Assembly: GCA_028534125.1 (NCBI GenBank)
Contig: CM052816.1
Location: 16,122,001-16,186,000 of the forward strand
DNA length: 64,000 nt
Origin: Lama glama
Lineage: Eukaryota
Reading direction: 5' to 3'
Shown: piece after piece, positions 48,122 through 60,360 of the stretch
How positions within the stretch are numbered: position 1 is the first letter of the stretch
How the letters are laid out: each line of letters opens with the position of its first letter
Translations under genes and position numbers: made by a program
The notes under the pieces: generated by a model
What the model was told of the DNA's origin: nothing
The model's database searches: none
The model's input: only the letters and a program-made list of their open reading frames with translations

Positions 48122-51100
48122 TTAGTACTTCACCCCAGGAACAAACTCCTTTGCATTTGGATTCAGATTGCTCTTGACCTGGAAAATAAGTACATAAAAA
48201 AACAAGTTCATTAAGAGATGGCTTCAGATACTCAGAAGCATTCAACCGAGATCCACATGCAAAAAACACCTTCCAAAAAGTACAAGACAAAAGCAAGAAT
48301 TCAGATTGTTGAAGTCAAACTTAAATCAAAAAAATCTATAGCACATAAAGGAGGAACCAGATATAAGCTATGTATATATTACATCAAATTTTATCAACTT
48401 GCTAGATACTTGACTGTCTTTAAACACTTTCATACTATGCAAAAATATTAAACAACTTTTGAAATGATGATTAAAATAGTTGGGGAACTGTTTATGGATT
48501 AATTTTACTTTATGATACTCCCTGAAAATACAGAATTGTCTTCCTACAGCTGTTGTATTCTAATTCCCACAGGAAGCATGGTATACAACAGGAAAAGAAA
48601 ACTACACGGGGAGTCAGAAGACCTAAGTTGGCATCCCAGCTCTGCTGACTAACTTCCCATGTAGGCCTGGATAAGTCACTTTCTCTGGTACTCTGTTTTT
48701 GTATCAGTTAAGGAAAGAATGGGTCAGAGCCTCTAAGAGCTTTTAGAGACTTGTACCACCATTACTCTATACTTCCAAATCTTTACTTTCCTAAGCAGAC
48801 TTGTCACCATAAAGGGAATAGCTGGAAATTTTCCTGTACAACATCTTTGAATGCAAGCTAATAAAGACGGAAAGAAACCAGGATGGATTACAGGGCCTGA
48901 AATGTAGGCATGCTGGCAGGCTTTTAGATTGAATCTGAACCCTCTATGTCACTTACTTCAAGACCAAAGCATATTAAACAACATGTTGGAACAATAATTT
49001 TACTTTCATAATTTATATACAATCATTTCCTTGGACAGGACATATTCTCCCTTCTCTCAATGGAAATACATTTTAAAAAATAAAAAAAAGGGAAATAAAT
49101 CTAATTTTTTTAAAAAGTCTGAGGTTTAAACTAAAAAAGAAGCAGTGTTCTTGAATGTACAATCTTTAGGCAGCTATGAAAGAATAGAAGGAATGAAAGT
49201 AATCTCAAACAGACTGAGTGAAACAAACCAGTTTCTAGACAATGGAATTATACTGGGTCCAGCTGAAGTTCTACATTATGCCCAGAAAAGGGTTTCACTC
49301 ATCAGAGCAACCAGGATTATTTGTGGAGTGACTAATGTAAACATAAGCAAGCATATCCCAACAGACTATGCAGATCACATACCTACTTAGCTGGGTTACT
49401 GTCATTTACTGCAACAAAGGCTATATAGCACAATGTAAATTTCAGCATTCTTTATACAGCCTTGAGAAAAATGGTTTACAAATGCCTGATAGGGCAAGGC
49501 TGGTGGTATCCTCTGGGAGTGCTTTTTTAAAAATTAACATGCCTAGATGATTGATACCGAAGGCTTGGGATGTTGCTGAGAAACTTGTTTTTAATGCTTC
49601 ATAGGTAGTTATGATGTACAGCTAGGTTAGGAAATCACCGCACAGTGAATACAAGACAACTACAAAAATTACTTGAGTCTAGGGGTAAATTCCACAGAAC
49701 CATCTTATAGAAACAACTAGAGATGGTCACTGTGGACAAAAGGTTAACATTCTGACTTTATTTTACCTTAATTTTAGTGAAGGACTCATCAGGTTTTACT
49801 CTAGTACTGATGCTTAGTTATCACAGTTCCTGAAAAAACTTTTTACTACAAATATGCCAGCAACAACGAGACACTAAGAATAACTAAAAATGCAAATAGG
49901 TTTGTGTTCCTTTTCTGCCAAAAGCTTGTATAAGTCCTTATTAAATCACAGTTCCAAATGGAGTTAGGGTAACTCAATGAAAATCCTGGATCAGGAAAAA
50001 AAAACCTCCAAAATTTTACCTTTCTGAAAAAAATTTGCAATTTCACCAAATACTTAAGACAAAATTAAAGAGCAAAACTTTTCCATCGAGCTACTTTTGT
50101 ATAAACAATCTACATGGACCTACTGTGTACTCCCTTTTGAATTAATGCTTTAAGACATTTACCTATCCTAGGGCAACATAGTTATCAAAACTAAAAGCAG
50201 TGGCAAGAAGTCTATTAATAGTCTCAGACTAGTTAAAGAGTGTTGCCAGAAGTCACTCCCTGTCATAACTGAGACCAGGAGCCTCCTGCTTCCATGGTAA
50301 GAAGTAGTATAATTTTTAAAGGGGAAGAGATGTAGAACTCTTCTTGAACAGGTAGCTGCTGGCCTTTCCACTTATGAAAAAGATGAGCTAGGTTTTAAAA
50401 AGATGAAAAACAACTCTTTACCACAAGATCTTCCAGGGAAGAGCCATCACTGATAACAAGGTCATTAAATTGGTCTTGGATTTGGTCCATAGTTTGTGGG
50501 AGATCTCGAGCTGGAATAAACCACTCATGTTCTTCTTCTTCTTCCAGCATTTCTTGGAAACAGCGTTCAATAAATTCTTCTTCCCATAACTCCTCTTCTA
50601 TCTGGATTTATAATAAATAAAGGATAATTTACAGCATACCTGGTAAAACATCACTGGGAAAGGCTTAAAATACTTTGAACTAAACCTTTTTTTATTTTTG
50701 GTGGTGGCAGGAGGTAATTAGGATTTATTTATTCATTCATTCATTTAAATGGAGGTATGGGGATTGAACATCGTAAATGCTAAGCAGGCATTCTTCCACT
50801 GAGCTATAGCCTTCCAACCCTGAGCTGAACCATTTAAAAACAGAATGTTGTACTTCCTCCTCTGCTTCTGTGCTAAGTAAAAAAACAAAAACAAAATTAA
50901 AAAACCCCACAAACTTTTCTATAAGATCTGGGAAGATCTGTTTGGGTTTTGCTATGTTTTTACTTATCTTAGTAGAATATTCTTTTTTTCCACTGAAGGT
51001 GGTGGGGAAGAAGTAACAAAGAAGTGTTCTTATGGAAGGATGCATATCAGAATTACCTACAATACTTCTACAATTATATAAACCCTAAACCCACCTAAAA

Positions 51101-51938
51101 ATGACTACCACACACACAAAAAAATCTTTAGAGGGTAGTCAGGGTATGGGTGAAAAAAAAAAAAAAAAAGCAAAGCAACCAAACTTATTCTCACTGAAAT
51201 AAGACTAAACTGCTTTACTCTTGAATATCCATCACTGGATATGGTGAAATGAAACTGTCTACTGATTACCAAAGCCAGGATCAGAGAGAAACTAGATAAA
51301 AGATGGGAACAGGTGCCAGAAATATGGGAATAAAAGACATCTAACAATGTATAAGAGTTCTCTAAAGAGAACAGTGGTGTCAGATGTTGAAGCTGATCAA
51401 AATGAGAACCTCTGGTGAAAAACAATGCAATCTGCTCCTGATTCCTCTTGACTTTCACTGTAATAGAACAAACTAGTGTTAAGGTAGTGGTTTCCAAACC
51501 TACCTGCTCACTGGAACCATCTGGGAGCTTTTAAAAAAACAAGTTTCCCAGGCTCCACCCTAATCCTCCTGAATTAGAATCTCTGAGGTGGGATCCTGAA
51601 AATAGCCTCCTAAAGTTATTTCAATGAACAGTTAAACCTGGTAGTAATCAGCATCCAAATGAAATAGGAGTGCTGGCACATAAATCTATACATAACAGAC
51701 CAGGTGAAAAACACATTTCAGGAACAAGTACTATTATATTATTTGGAGGGCATGATGTCACTGGCTGCAAAACAAGATGACGTTTATATACAAAACTAAC
51801 TTGTCTGTTGAATTCCTCTTCATTTTCCATCCACATGTACTCTGCAAATGGATTGTCATCTTCATGAGAATGACCATTAATAATCACATCTTCATTGATG
51901 ATGCTTGGGCTAGTACTGCTGCGACTTGGATCTTTCAT
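48122..51938 (-). CDS. PAIP2: Poly(A)-binding protein-interacting protein 2 (124 aa). Coding exons 51938-51801, 50601-50422, 48178-48122; the ATG exon begins at 51964 and non-coding exon 1 is beyond the window
   Basis: [81 protein letters not shown]...[23 protein letters not shown]; acidic PAM1 region and PAM2 motif; phase-0 GT-AG introns. Confidence 0.97.
48573..48885 (+). other. SLC23A1: Probable non-coding terminal exon of SLC23A1 (partly MIR-derived), inside the last intron of PAIP2; 3' end approximate
   Basis: Donor AAG|GTAGGA at 45486/45487, 19 nt after the stop; acceptor ttctaattcccacAG|GAAGCATGG at 48572/48573; AATAAA 48860-48865. The joined text resembles my recollection of the human SLC23A1 3'UTR. 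Confidence 0.7.
50687..50815 (-). mobile_element. Camelid-type tRNA-derived SINE (internally deleted)
   Basis: ggaggtaattagg...ggggattgaac...atgctaagcaggcattcttccactgagctatagcc. Confidence 0.8.
51485..51640. mobile_element. MER5-like DNA transposon remnant
   Basis: agtggtttccaaacct...ctgggagcttttaaaaa...ccaggctccaccc...gaattagaatctctgaggtgggatcc. Confidence 0.6.
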
Positions 51939-52332
51939 GGTTGGCGTTAGATGTAGTTTTTAACCTTAAAAGAACAACAATACAGTTAATTTAGTCAGTC
52001 ATTCTTTCAGTTCTTAATGAGCATCCATTATTATCAAACATTATGGTTAGGCATTAGATGCACATGAATAAACTGAGCAACTGGAAAGCTTCATTTTTCT
52101 CCTAAATTATTTTAATGTTTAAGAAATAGCTAAGAATAGCTTAGATTCATCTCATGTTTTCTCATAACGGTAAGCAAGGGCAAGCAATTGCTTAAATGGA
52201 ATCCCCAAACCATCCAATTTTTTTTAAAATTAGGTATCCCATGCTTTATGAAACAAGCATTGTCTGGAAGACTTGAGTCATCAAGTGACTCTATGAAAAG
52301 TAAATTATACTTTTAAAAACTGATATTAAGTC

Positions 52333-52459
52333 GGGGAGGGTACAGCTCAGTAGTAGGGTGTGTGCTTAGCATTTACGAGGTCCTGGGTTCAATCTCCAGT
52401 AGCTCCGTTAAAAGAAATAAACAAACAAATCTAATTACCCCTCCCCCCCAAAAAAAACC
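52333..52459 (+). mobile_element. Camelid-type tRNA-derived SINE
   Basis: ggggagggtacagctcagtagtag...gaggtcctgggttcaatc; direct repeat ctgatattaa at 52320-52329 and 52460-52469. Confidence 0.88.
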
Positions 52460-52801
52460 CTGATATTAAAAAGCCCAGAGACTGAAAGTGAAAACTTTTA
52501 GTTCCACCTATTAGCTCCTCTGTTGCAAGGTATAGCTCTGGCTCTCTCGATTTCATAGCCATTATCTATTTGCTTTATCTCTGGGTCCATGTTCAGTTCT
52601 CCATGTCTGGATTTCCACACTATACAGTGGGTTTTAGGCATTTAATCTCTTTTTATGTGAGTAGCAGTAACATGTAACACAGCAGGTCTGGTTTTTTACA
52701 CTCTACTCAATAGGTGATAACATATCTAATTGATACATTTCAGGCTAAAAGTCTGAAGTGTAAAGTTTGAGATGCTACTATAGTCTACCGTGGCAGGGGT
52801 A

Positions 52802-52940
52802 GGGGGGAGGTATAGCTCAAGTGTTAGACTGCATGCTTAACACGCATAAGGTCCTGGGTTCAATCCCCAGTACCTCCTCTAATAAACAAACATTAACAAA
52901 TCTAATTACCGCCCCATTCAAAAAAAATTTTAAAAAATGT
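52802..52940 (+). mobile_element. Camelid-type tRNA-derived SINE
   Basis: ggaggtatagctcaagtg...ggtcctgggttcaatccccagtacc; direct repeat atagtctacc on both sides. Confidence 0.85.
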
Positions 52941-54799
52941 AATACAATAGTCTACCAACTTATTAACTCTCAAACTGCTAAACAAGGGTTTACATAAACC
53001 ATGTGTCAACCTGTACATAAATTCAAACATTAGTGTGACTTGTGCCAAAGGAAGGAAACAGCATACCTAATATGAGGATAGAGTTAAAAAAAATTTCAAG
53101 CCTTCTCACTCTAAAATTTTCCTAATCAAGCAAAACACTAAAACTAAAACCTCCTACTAAAAGGTTTTTTCCTCTGGTTCAGGGAGAGACTTGCCCTATA
53201 TGTGTTGCCTAGTCCTTTAAATTCATAGGACAGAAGTATAATAAAAATTTATAGCTGTTATGTTTAATATAAACTTAAGTCTCTAAGCTGGGGTAGGGAG
53301 GTCCTATGCATTTTCCCCAATACTGAATACTAATGACAACAGTATTATGGTGGTAACACTGTTAATTATTAGGAGGCCCTGAATTAAAAATTACTGAGAA
53401 CTTCTGCCTTAAGCATTGTTGTCTCAGGCAGACTGAGACTTAAGTGTTAGGGTGTATGTGGGTAGAAAGAAAACATGATTTTGGTTAGGAAAGTGAAACA
53501 CTGAAAGCAGACAAAAGAGAAAACATTTGATGGATATCTTTGATATTTTTGTTTATCATTAATCTTGGATTAAATAAACTCTCTTATTTTGAAAACAAGT
53601 TTTGACTAAAAGAGCAATCAGTTCCTCTAAAGAAAATTACTCATTCTTATATGTATGGCTACCAAATATTTATATGTTCATCTTTAAAGAAATTACATTT
53701 TAGCTTAACCTCAAATATTATGAAAAGCAGGGGGTCAATCCTGCTTTGCAACTAGATGGAACTTTGTTTCCTCTGCATATGAACGTATCATTAAACTATG
53801 TTCAAAGACATTCTAATTATAACAGCCTTTCATTATTATTTCCCCACTACGTATGCTATACCAACTCATTAAATCCTACCTTTCAAAAGACCACAATACA
53901 GCAAATAAAAATCATGTTTAGTACAGAGTATAGGATATTCAATATTCAAACAGAACTGAATAGTAAAGTAGCAACCATATGTATGAGACAGGTAGTAGAA
54001 TATTCTATACTTCTAACTTGTCTGTGAATATGGCTGAGGTAATTCAAGTATTATCTATATATAAATGCCATTTGTTTAAAAAGAAAAAAGTCCTTCCCAC
54101 ACATTTCATGAGCATAAGCTTATGGAGAAAACGAAAAATCTGCATCAACAAATTCTACAGTCTGGGAATCCCAAAGGACTCCCTCCTTCCTTGCTTGATG
54201 CTGACCAGTAATAAATAAAATATAAACAGTGCTTAGCAAAAAAGGCCCAATCCCTGCATCTGACATGGCTCTAAGTCAGCTTTTTGCCCATTATCACCTC
54301 ATCAAACAACCTGTGGCTTTGGTATGATCTGAGTGAAAGTCTATGAAGGATAGTAAATGCAATTTCGTTGTCAAGCAGTATTTGGGAAACAAATCATAAC
54401 TGAAACCAGTAAGAATCAAATGGAGCCTGAGCACTAATCTTACACCTTACATAGCTGAGGGAACAAATGCTAATCAGATTTTTGTTAGCCAACCAGGTGG
54501 AAAGCCAGAGGGGTTAAGGATCATTTACTTTCAAAACACTGAAAGATCTATAATTACTGAGTGCAACATGTTCTAAGGTAAGGTATTGTATCAAATTTTT
54601 AACTTTCTTCTATAACCTGTTCTGGATCCTTCTTGGACCACTCTTTATAGTATGTCCTTGTATGTTTTGCTATTTTAAAAAATTGAGTATATTGTTCAAA
54701 TACCATAAAATTTACAATTTAAGGTGTTTGGCATTTGTCAGAAATGGTTAAAGGCAAATGTAGTAGCCAAAGCCAGCAAAGAATAACAGTTGGCGCAAA

Positions 54800-55800
54800 C
54801 AACAGACAAAGCAAAAAGCCTGAGAGGTGAGGCTGGTGAAGGAGATGCTTTGGGAATAAAGGCTTTGAAAAGCTCCTGCATATTCTTGGAAACCTAAAAG
54901 GCCATGGGTATGTTCAGTGCTGGTAGCACGCTCAGAGCAAACCCAAGAAGGCCCTACACACTCACTTGCAGGCTCTGCACATATAGAAAATATTAAGAAA
55001 GAGTTGTAAACTACCTGAGTGCTGAAGCTGTGCCTTAGCATACACAAAAGTCCATTTGCAAAGACTGGGAGAGTTTTGTTTTTTGCTTATGATTATTTAA
55101 GGAAATTTCTTGTAAATAATTAACTGACAACTAAGCTAATGAACAGACACTTCAATGGCCACACACAAAAAAGAATACCAACTTTTATAAAATTAGTTCA
55201 GAAAGGTCACTAAACAAATGACAACAAGCAGAGTAACAACCCTGGGGAGAGAGGAGAATCTGATTTGCAGAGCTGCTATGTAACATTCACAATGTCCAGT
55301 TTTCAACAAAAATAATGAGGCATGCAAAGAAATAAGAAAGTATGCCGATAAATAGAAAAAAAAGGAAATTAATAGAAACTGTCCCTGAACAATCCCAGAC
55401 ATTAGACAAAGACTTTAAATCAGGCATTTTAAATGTCCAATGAGCCAAAGGAAACCATGTACCACAACCTAAAGGAAATCATAAAAGTCGTATCTCATCA
55501 AATAACAAAAGAAATTAAACTAAATAGAAATTTTAGAGCTGAAAAGTACAATAATTGAAAAATTTACTTAAGAGTTTGCAGGAGAGTTGAGCAGGGAAAG
55601 AATCAGCAAACTTGTTAAGTCAACTGATATTATTCATTCTGAAGGGTAGAAAGAAAATAATGAAGAAAAACGAACAGAACCTCAGAGACCAGTAGAACAC
55701 TGTGCAATGTACCAACACATGCATAATGGAGTCCAGGAAGGAGGAAAGTAATGGTTAGAAAGAATATTTCAAGAAATAATGGCCCCAAACTCCTCCAACT
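54800..55800 (+). mobile_element. Old LINE-1 5'/ORF1-region fragment
   Basis: A-rich decayed ORF1-like text (gacattagacaaagactttaaatcag...aatagaaattttagagctgaaaagtacaataa...gaaataatggccccaaac). Confidence 0.65.
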
Positions 55801-56854
55801 TAATGAAATTTATTTATGTTAGTCTGCACATTTTTAATGTTCATATTTGCTTCAAAGCATGCTTATTATGCTTGAAAATCCTAAATTTATTAGAAAATAT
55901 AATTCAAATCAAAAAAATTTTTCAGCCTTAATCTGAAAGGATTTAAAAAATAATATAATAATACTAACTCAGAACAAGCAATTTAACATATCTAGTGGTT
56001 GTCAGAATACATGTAATAAGATTCCCCTGAACAAAACCCACAAAATAGTAAAATGCTATGTATCATCTTACAGTGTTTTCAATAATCATTTGAAAAATTT
56101 TGGATAGTGGATCTTTGTAGTTAGGAAATTTTATTGGAAAAGCAAGCATTAAAGTGAAAGAGATGTATGAAGAAAGTACACCCTACTTTAAAAAAAAAAA
56201 GCTAATACAAAATGGACATACAAAACAGATTTTAACTATATGCAAGTTTTTTCCTTTCACTTTTAATCCTACCAAGAGGTAATCAATTTTAACAACTTAG
56301 TGTGTGTCCTTTCATATTTCTTTGCTTACAGAAACACTCATAAAGTATATATTGTAACAGAACCATGCTAAATATATTAAATGAAATATCCTTACTATTC
56401 AACATGTACAAGTATACTTCACTTTTTAATGGATATAGCACCAATGACTCACCACTCCCCCTTTGATGCACATTTACATTTCCAGTTTTTTCATTATAAA
56501 CAATCCTGCTTTGATCACCCTTGTACACATCCTTTTCTATTTGTGTTTTCTGTAGGATATTCTCATTAAGTGGGAATAACCAGCTCAAAGGCCATATACA
56601 CGTGTAACTTAAGACAGATTATTTGCCAAAAATATTGTGGTAATAGACATTCCTATAGTACACTGAGTGCCCCCATTTCTCTGCATCCTCAACAGTTCTC
56701 GATATAACCAAAACAGTATCTTACTGATGCAATCAGATAGGCTTAAAAAGAATCTGTTTTCCTCTACAGTCCTGGGATATGCTTATCTTGCTCAGGAATT
56801 CTTTTCCTACCTTGCGGTAGGAATACCCTCTCTCAATATTTTCATAATTTATTT

Positions 56855-56984
56855 TTAATTTTTTTTCTATCTTTGGGGGGGGGAGGTAATTAGGTTTATT
56901 TATTGTAATGGAGATTCTGGAGATTGAACCCAGGACCTTGTGCATGCTAAGCATGCACTCTACCACTGAGCTACACTCCTCCCC
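56855..56984 (-). mobile_element. Camelid-type tRNA-derived SINE
   Basis: gattgaacccaggaccttgtgcatgctaagcatgcactctaccactgagctacactcctcccc. Confidence 0.88.
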
Positions 56985-57338
56985 AACAGCTTCTTTTTTT
57001 ACTTTTTTTTTTTTTGGTGGAGAATGTGGGTAGCAATCCCACACATCTAAATCTTTAATTTATTTGAGTACTTCTTTGAGTATGATGTGAAGGATCTATA
57101 TTTTCCCATATGAATACATCACTCATCATTATTTAATGAAAGCCTGTTCCCTGTATTTATCATAATCAAATTCCCACTTACACTGTTTCTAGATTCTTTG
57201 TCCTGTAATTGTGTACTGCATATTGTTTTATCCCCAACTTTTCATTTTGAAGAATTTTAAACTTACAGAAAGTTGTAATAGTACAATGAACACTTGTACC
57301 TTTCATCTTGATTCATCAACTGTTAACATTTTGCCACA

Positions 57339-57483
57339 GGGGGATGGTATAGCTGGGTGGAAGAGTGCATGCTCAGCACGCACAAGGTCCTGGGTTCAAT
57401 TCCCATCTGCTCCATCAAAAATAAATAAATGTAATTACCTCCCCCTTAAAAAAAAAAGGTTTAAAAAATAAAGTTAAAAAAAA
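57339..57483 (+). mobile_element. Camelid-type tRNA-derived SINE
   Basis: ggggatggtatagctg...aggtcctgggttcaattccc; TSD attttgccaca at 57328-57338 and 57484-57494. Confidence 0.88.
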
Positions 57484-58704
57484 ATTTTGCCACAATTGTT
57501 TGCACTATACAATTTTTTTTTGCTTAACCATCTGATAAGCTGCAGACATCATGCCCTTTTATCCTTAAATATTTCAGCACAATATCTTACTGTTTTGATT
57601 ACAGTAGCCTTTAAGTTTAAATACCTAGTAGCACAACTACCTTCCCCATCTTTCTTTGGGAAGGGAAATCTTGCACTTCTACTCTTTATATGAACTTTAG
57701 AATCATTTTGTTCATAATTGTCTGGAATTTTATTAAAATTTGCAATTTAATCAGGATCAATATTTTTATATTAAGTCTTTTGGCCAGGAAGATGGTACAT
57801 CTATTTAGAATTGTTTTAATTCCTTAAAACATAAATGAGTCAGGACTTCTTTTAACCAATACACATGGGCCAGATTATATGGACAAGTCTTTCCACTTAA
57901 AACTAAAAGTGTTGGATAGTACTTTTCCAAAATTGAAGTACAGTCGATTTACAATGTTGCATTAATTTCTAGTGTACAGCATAGTGATTCATTTATACAT
58001 ATATATCTCTTTTCCTTTTTTCTATTGTCATATTTTTTAGACTTTTTAAAATATTTAAAGCAAGAGAATTTAACTTAATTATCCATAATTTGGGTTTACA
58101 TTTTGCAGGAATGTGTCACAAAAGTTGAATTAAGATGGCAAATTAAAAGGCAAGCTCAAAGACGATTTTTCCATGATCCTCACTGTCCAGGACCTCTGTA
58201 TCTAAAAGGACCAGAGTTTGAAGGAATGGGGTATATAACACATCTAGATATCCTTGGATTCAGATCTCACTGTACACCCCAGACAGAAGCCTGGCATCAG
58301 GAAGTCAACTGACACTAACTCTTTAAGGCTTTGGTGTTGTTAGGAACTAGTCGTGCTGTTCCCCTGCAAAATATAACAGTCCGATTTTTCTTCACTTTCA
58401 AAATGCCATTTATTTTCCTCCTCAGTTCCATTCTCCCTTCCACTCTCAGTTCTCTGATCAAATTTGTTTTACTGTTCAGGAATGTAAAGTTCCTCTCTGC
58501 TCTTTTTTTCTCACTGCCACCACAGGTAACAAATACACCTACAAACCCTTTTGCACACTCTTTAGCCCTGCTGTCTCCAGAACCTTCTAAGATTTTTCTA
58601 AATACAGCCCTTCCCTCGCCTCTTTTAGATATTAAGTGCTTTACATATTTTACTTATATGTAACTGATAAAAGTCCTTAGGAAATTTAATTTCTTTTTCC
58701 CCCA

Positions 58705-58985
58705 TTTTTAAACTGAAGTATACTTGATTTACAATGTTGTATTTGTTTCTGGTGTACAGCATAGTGACTCAGTTTTTAATACATATACAGACAGAAACAC
58801 ATACTCCTTTTCATATTCTTTTTCATTATAGGCTATTACAAGGTACTGAATACAGTTCCCTGTGCTACACAGCAGGACTTTGTTGTTAATCTATTTTATA
58901 TATAGCAGTATCTACAAATTCTGAACTTCCAATTTATCCCTTCCCACCCACTTTCCCTACAGGCAACCATAAATTTGTTTTTTAT
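58705..58985 (-). mobile_element. LINE-1 3' end fragment
   Basis: actgaagtatacttgatttacaatgttg...ggtgtacagcatagtgactcag...acagttccctgtgctacacagcagg is an artiodactyl-like L1 3' end in reverse. Confidence 0.75.
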
Positions 58986-59910
58986 GTTGGATGACATATT
59001 TTTAAAGAAATACTTAAAAGCACTGAAGTGTTAAACAGAAAGTAAAGAGGGAATTCAGAGAGCAGAGTTGAATTTTTAGACACAAGCTGCCTTTGCATGG
59101 AGGGCTTCTGCCTCTTAGGCTTCTTTGCGTTGACTCCTTGGATGCATTCATGGGGCAAGAGACCACAGAAATCAAGGTAGAAAATTCAACAGGAGATCTT
59201 CCCAACTCTGGGAACCTAAAGGGCTTGTCCACATAATCTAGCACACCAGTATTGGTTAAAAGAAGTCCTAAAGGGTAAGGGCAAACCAAAATCAATCCCT
59301 ACTCCCCACCAAGCAAACAAAAGGAAAAGGGGGAAGGGAACACAGACACCGTGACTATGGCTGGTCCTCCTAAGGACGGGAGGAACAAATTCTCATCACC
59401 AGGGAGGTCCAGAACATCCCAAGTCATCAACTGAGTATAAAGTAGTCCTGAATTAGTAGTGTCCCTAATGCCAGTGCCTGGCAAAAGCAAATATAGAATC
59501 CCTTGGAAAGAAGGCATCTTCACAGAGGCCTTAAAGACCTCCGAAAATAATTTTTCAAAGACAATAATGAGTACACAACAAAAGATAACCAAATCCAGAA
59601 GGAAAAAACAAGATACAACAAGCAAGAAGGAGTGCAATTTACAGAAAGTATCATCAGACCCATGTGACACAGATGACAAAACAGATGATTACATATCAAG
59701 ATCCAAAGTATCTTCAGATAACAGCAAAATATGAAAAGTGCATAAGACATTTGGAAAATAGCCAAATAAAACTTCTAAACAGAAATCACAATGTAAACAA
59801 AAATGTAATAGATTTGGCAGCAAATCAGATACAACAGAATTGGAAGATTACAGAAAGTATGCAGAAAACACCAAAAAGATATAAAGACAGAAAATACAAA
59901 AGTGGGTTTA

Positions 59911-60360
59911 CATTACCCTCAAGATTGAGCTCAGTGACACCACTGAAAATGTTAAAAGATAAAATCCAAGATAGGGGGGCATCTTGCCTGATCAGCAGTG
60001 TCTGATTTCTGCAGGCAAACGGCTGGAGGATAGCCTCACTCTGTCAGACTACAATATCCAGAAAGAGTCCACCAGCACGTGGTGCTTCATCTGAGATGGC
60101 ATCATCAAGCCTTCCCTCCGCCAGCTGGCCCAGAAATATAACTGCAACAAGACGGTCTGCTATAAGTGTTATGCTTGCCTGCACCCCCACTGTCAACTGC
60201 TGCAAGAAGTGGGGCCACACTAACAATCTGTACCCCAAGAAGGTGAAATAAGTCCCCTCCACTGGCTTCTTCTTTGCCCACTGGGCAGCTTCCACCCAAG
60301 CCCCATGGCCCTGGGGCCTCGATAACGTTTCTCTTTCATTGACTAGGAAAAAAGAAAAAA
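59911..60360 (+). pseudogene. UBA52: 5'-truncated processed pseudogene of UBA52 (ubiquitin-ribosomal protein eL40 fusion)
   Basis: Decayed intronless ubiquitin (ITLKIELSDTTENV...[15 protein letters not shown]...[12 protein letters not shown]) fused to L40 ([26 protein letters not shown]...GHTNNL..KKVK*), with frameshifts, 3'UTR, A-tail and a 13-bp TSD. Confidence 0.92.

Noticed and set aside
52333..52410. tRNA-like A/B-box sequences here and at seven other sites
   Set aside because: They are SINE heads with tails and TSDs, not tRNA genes
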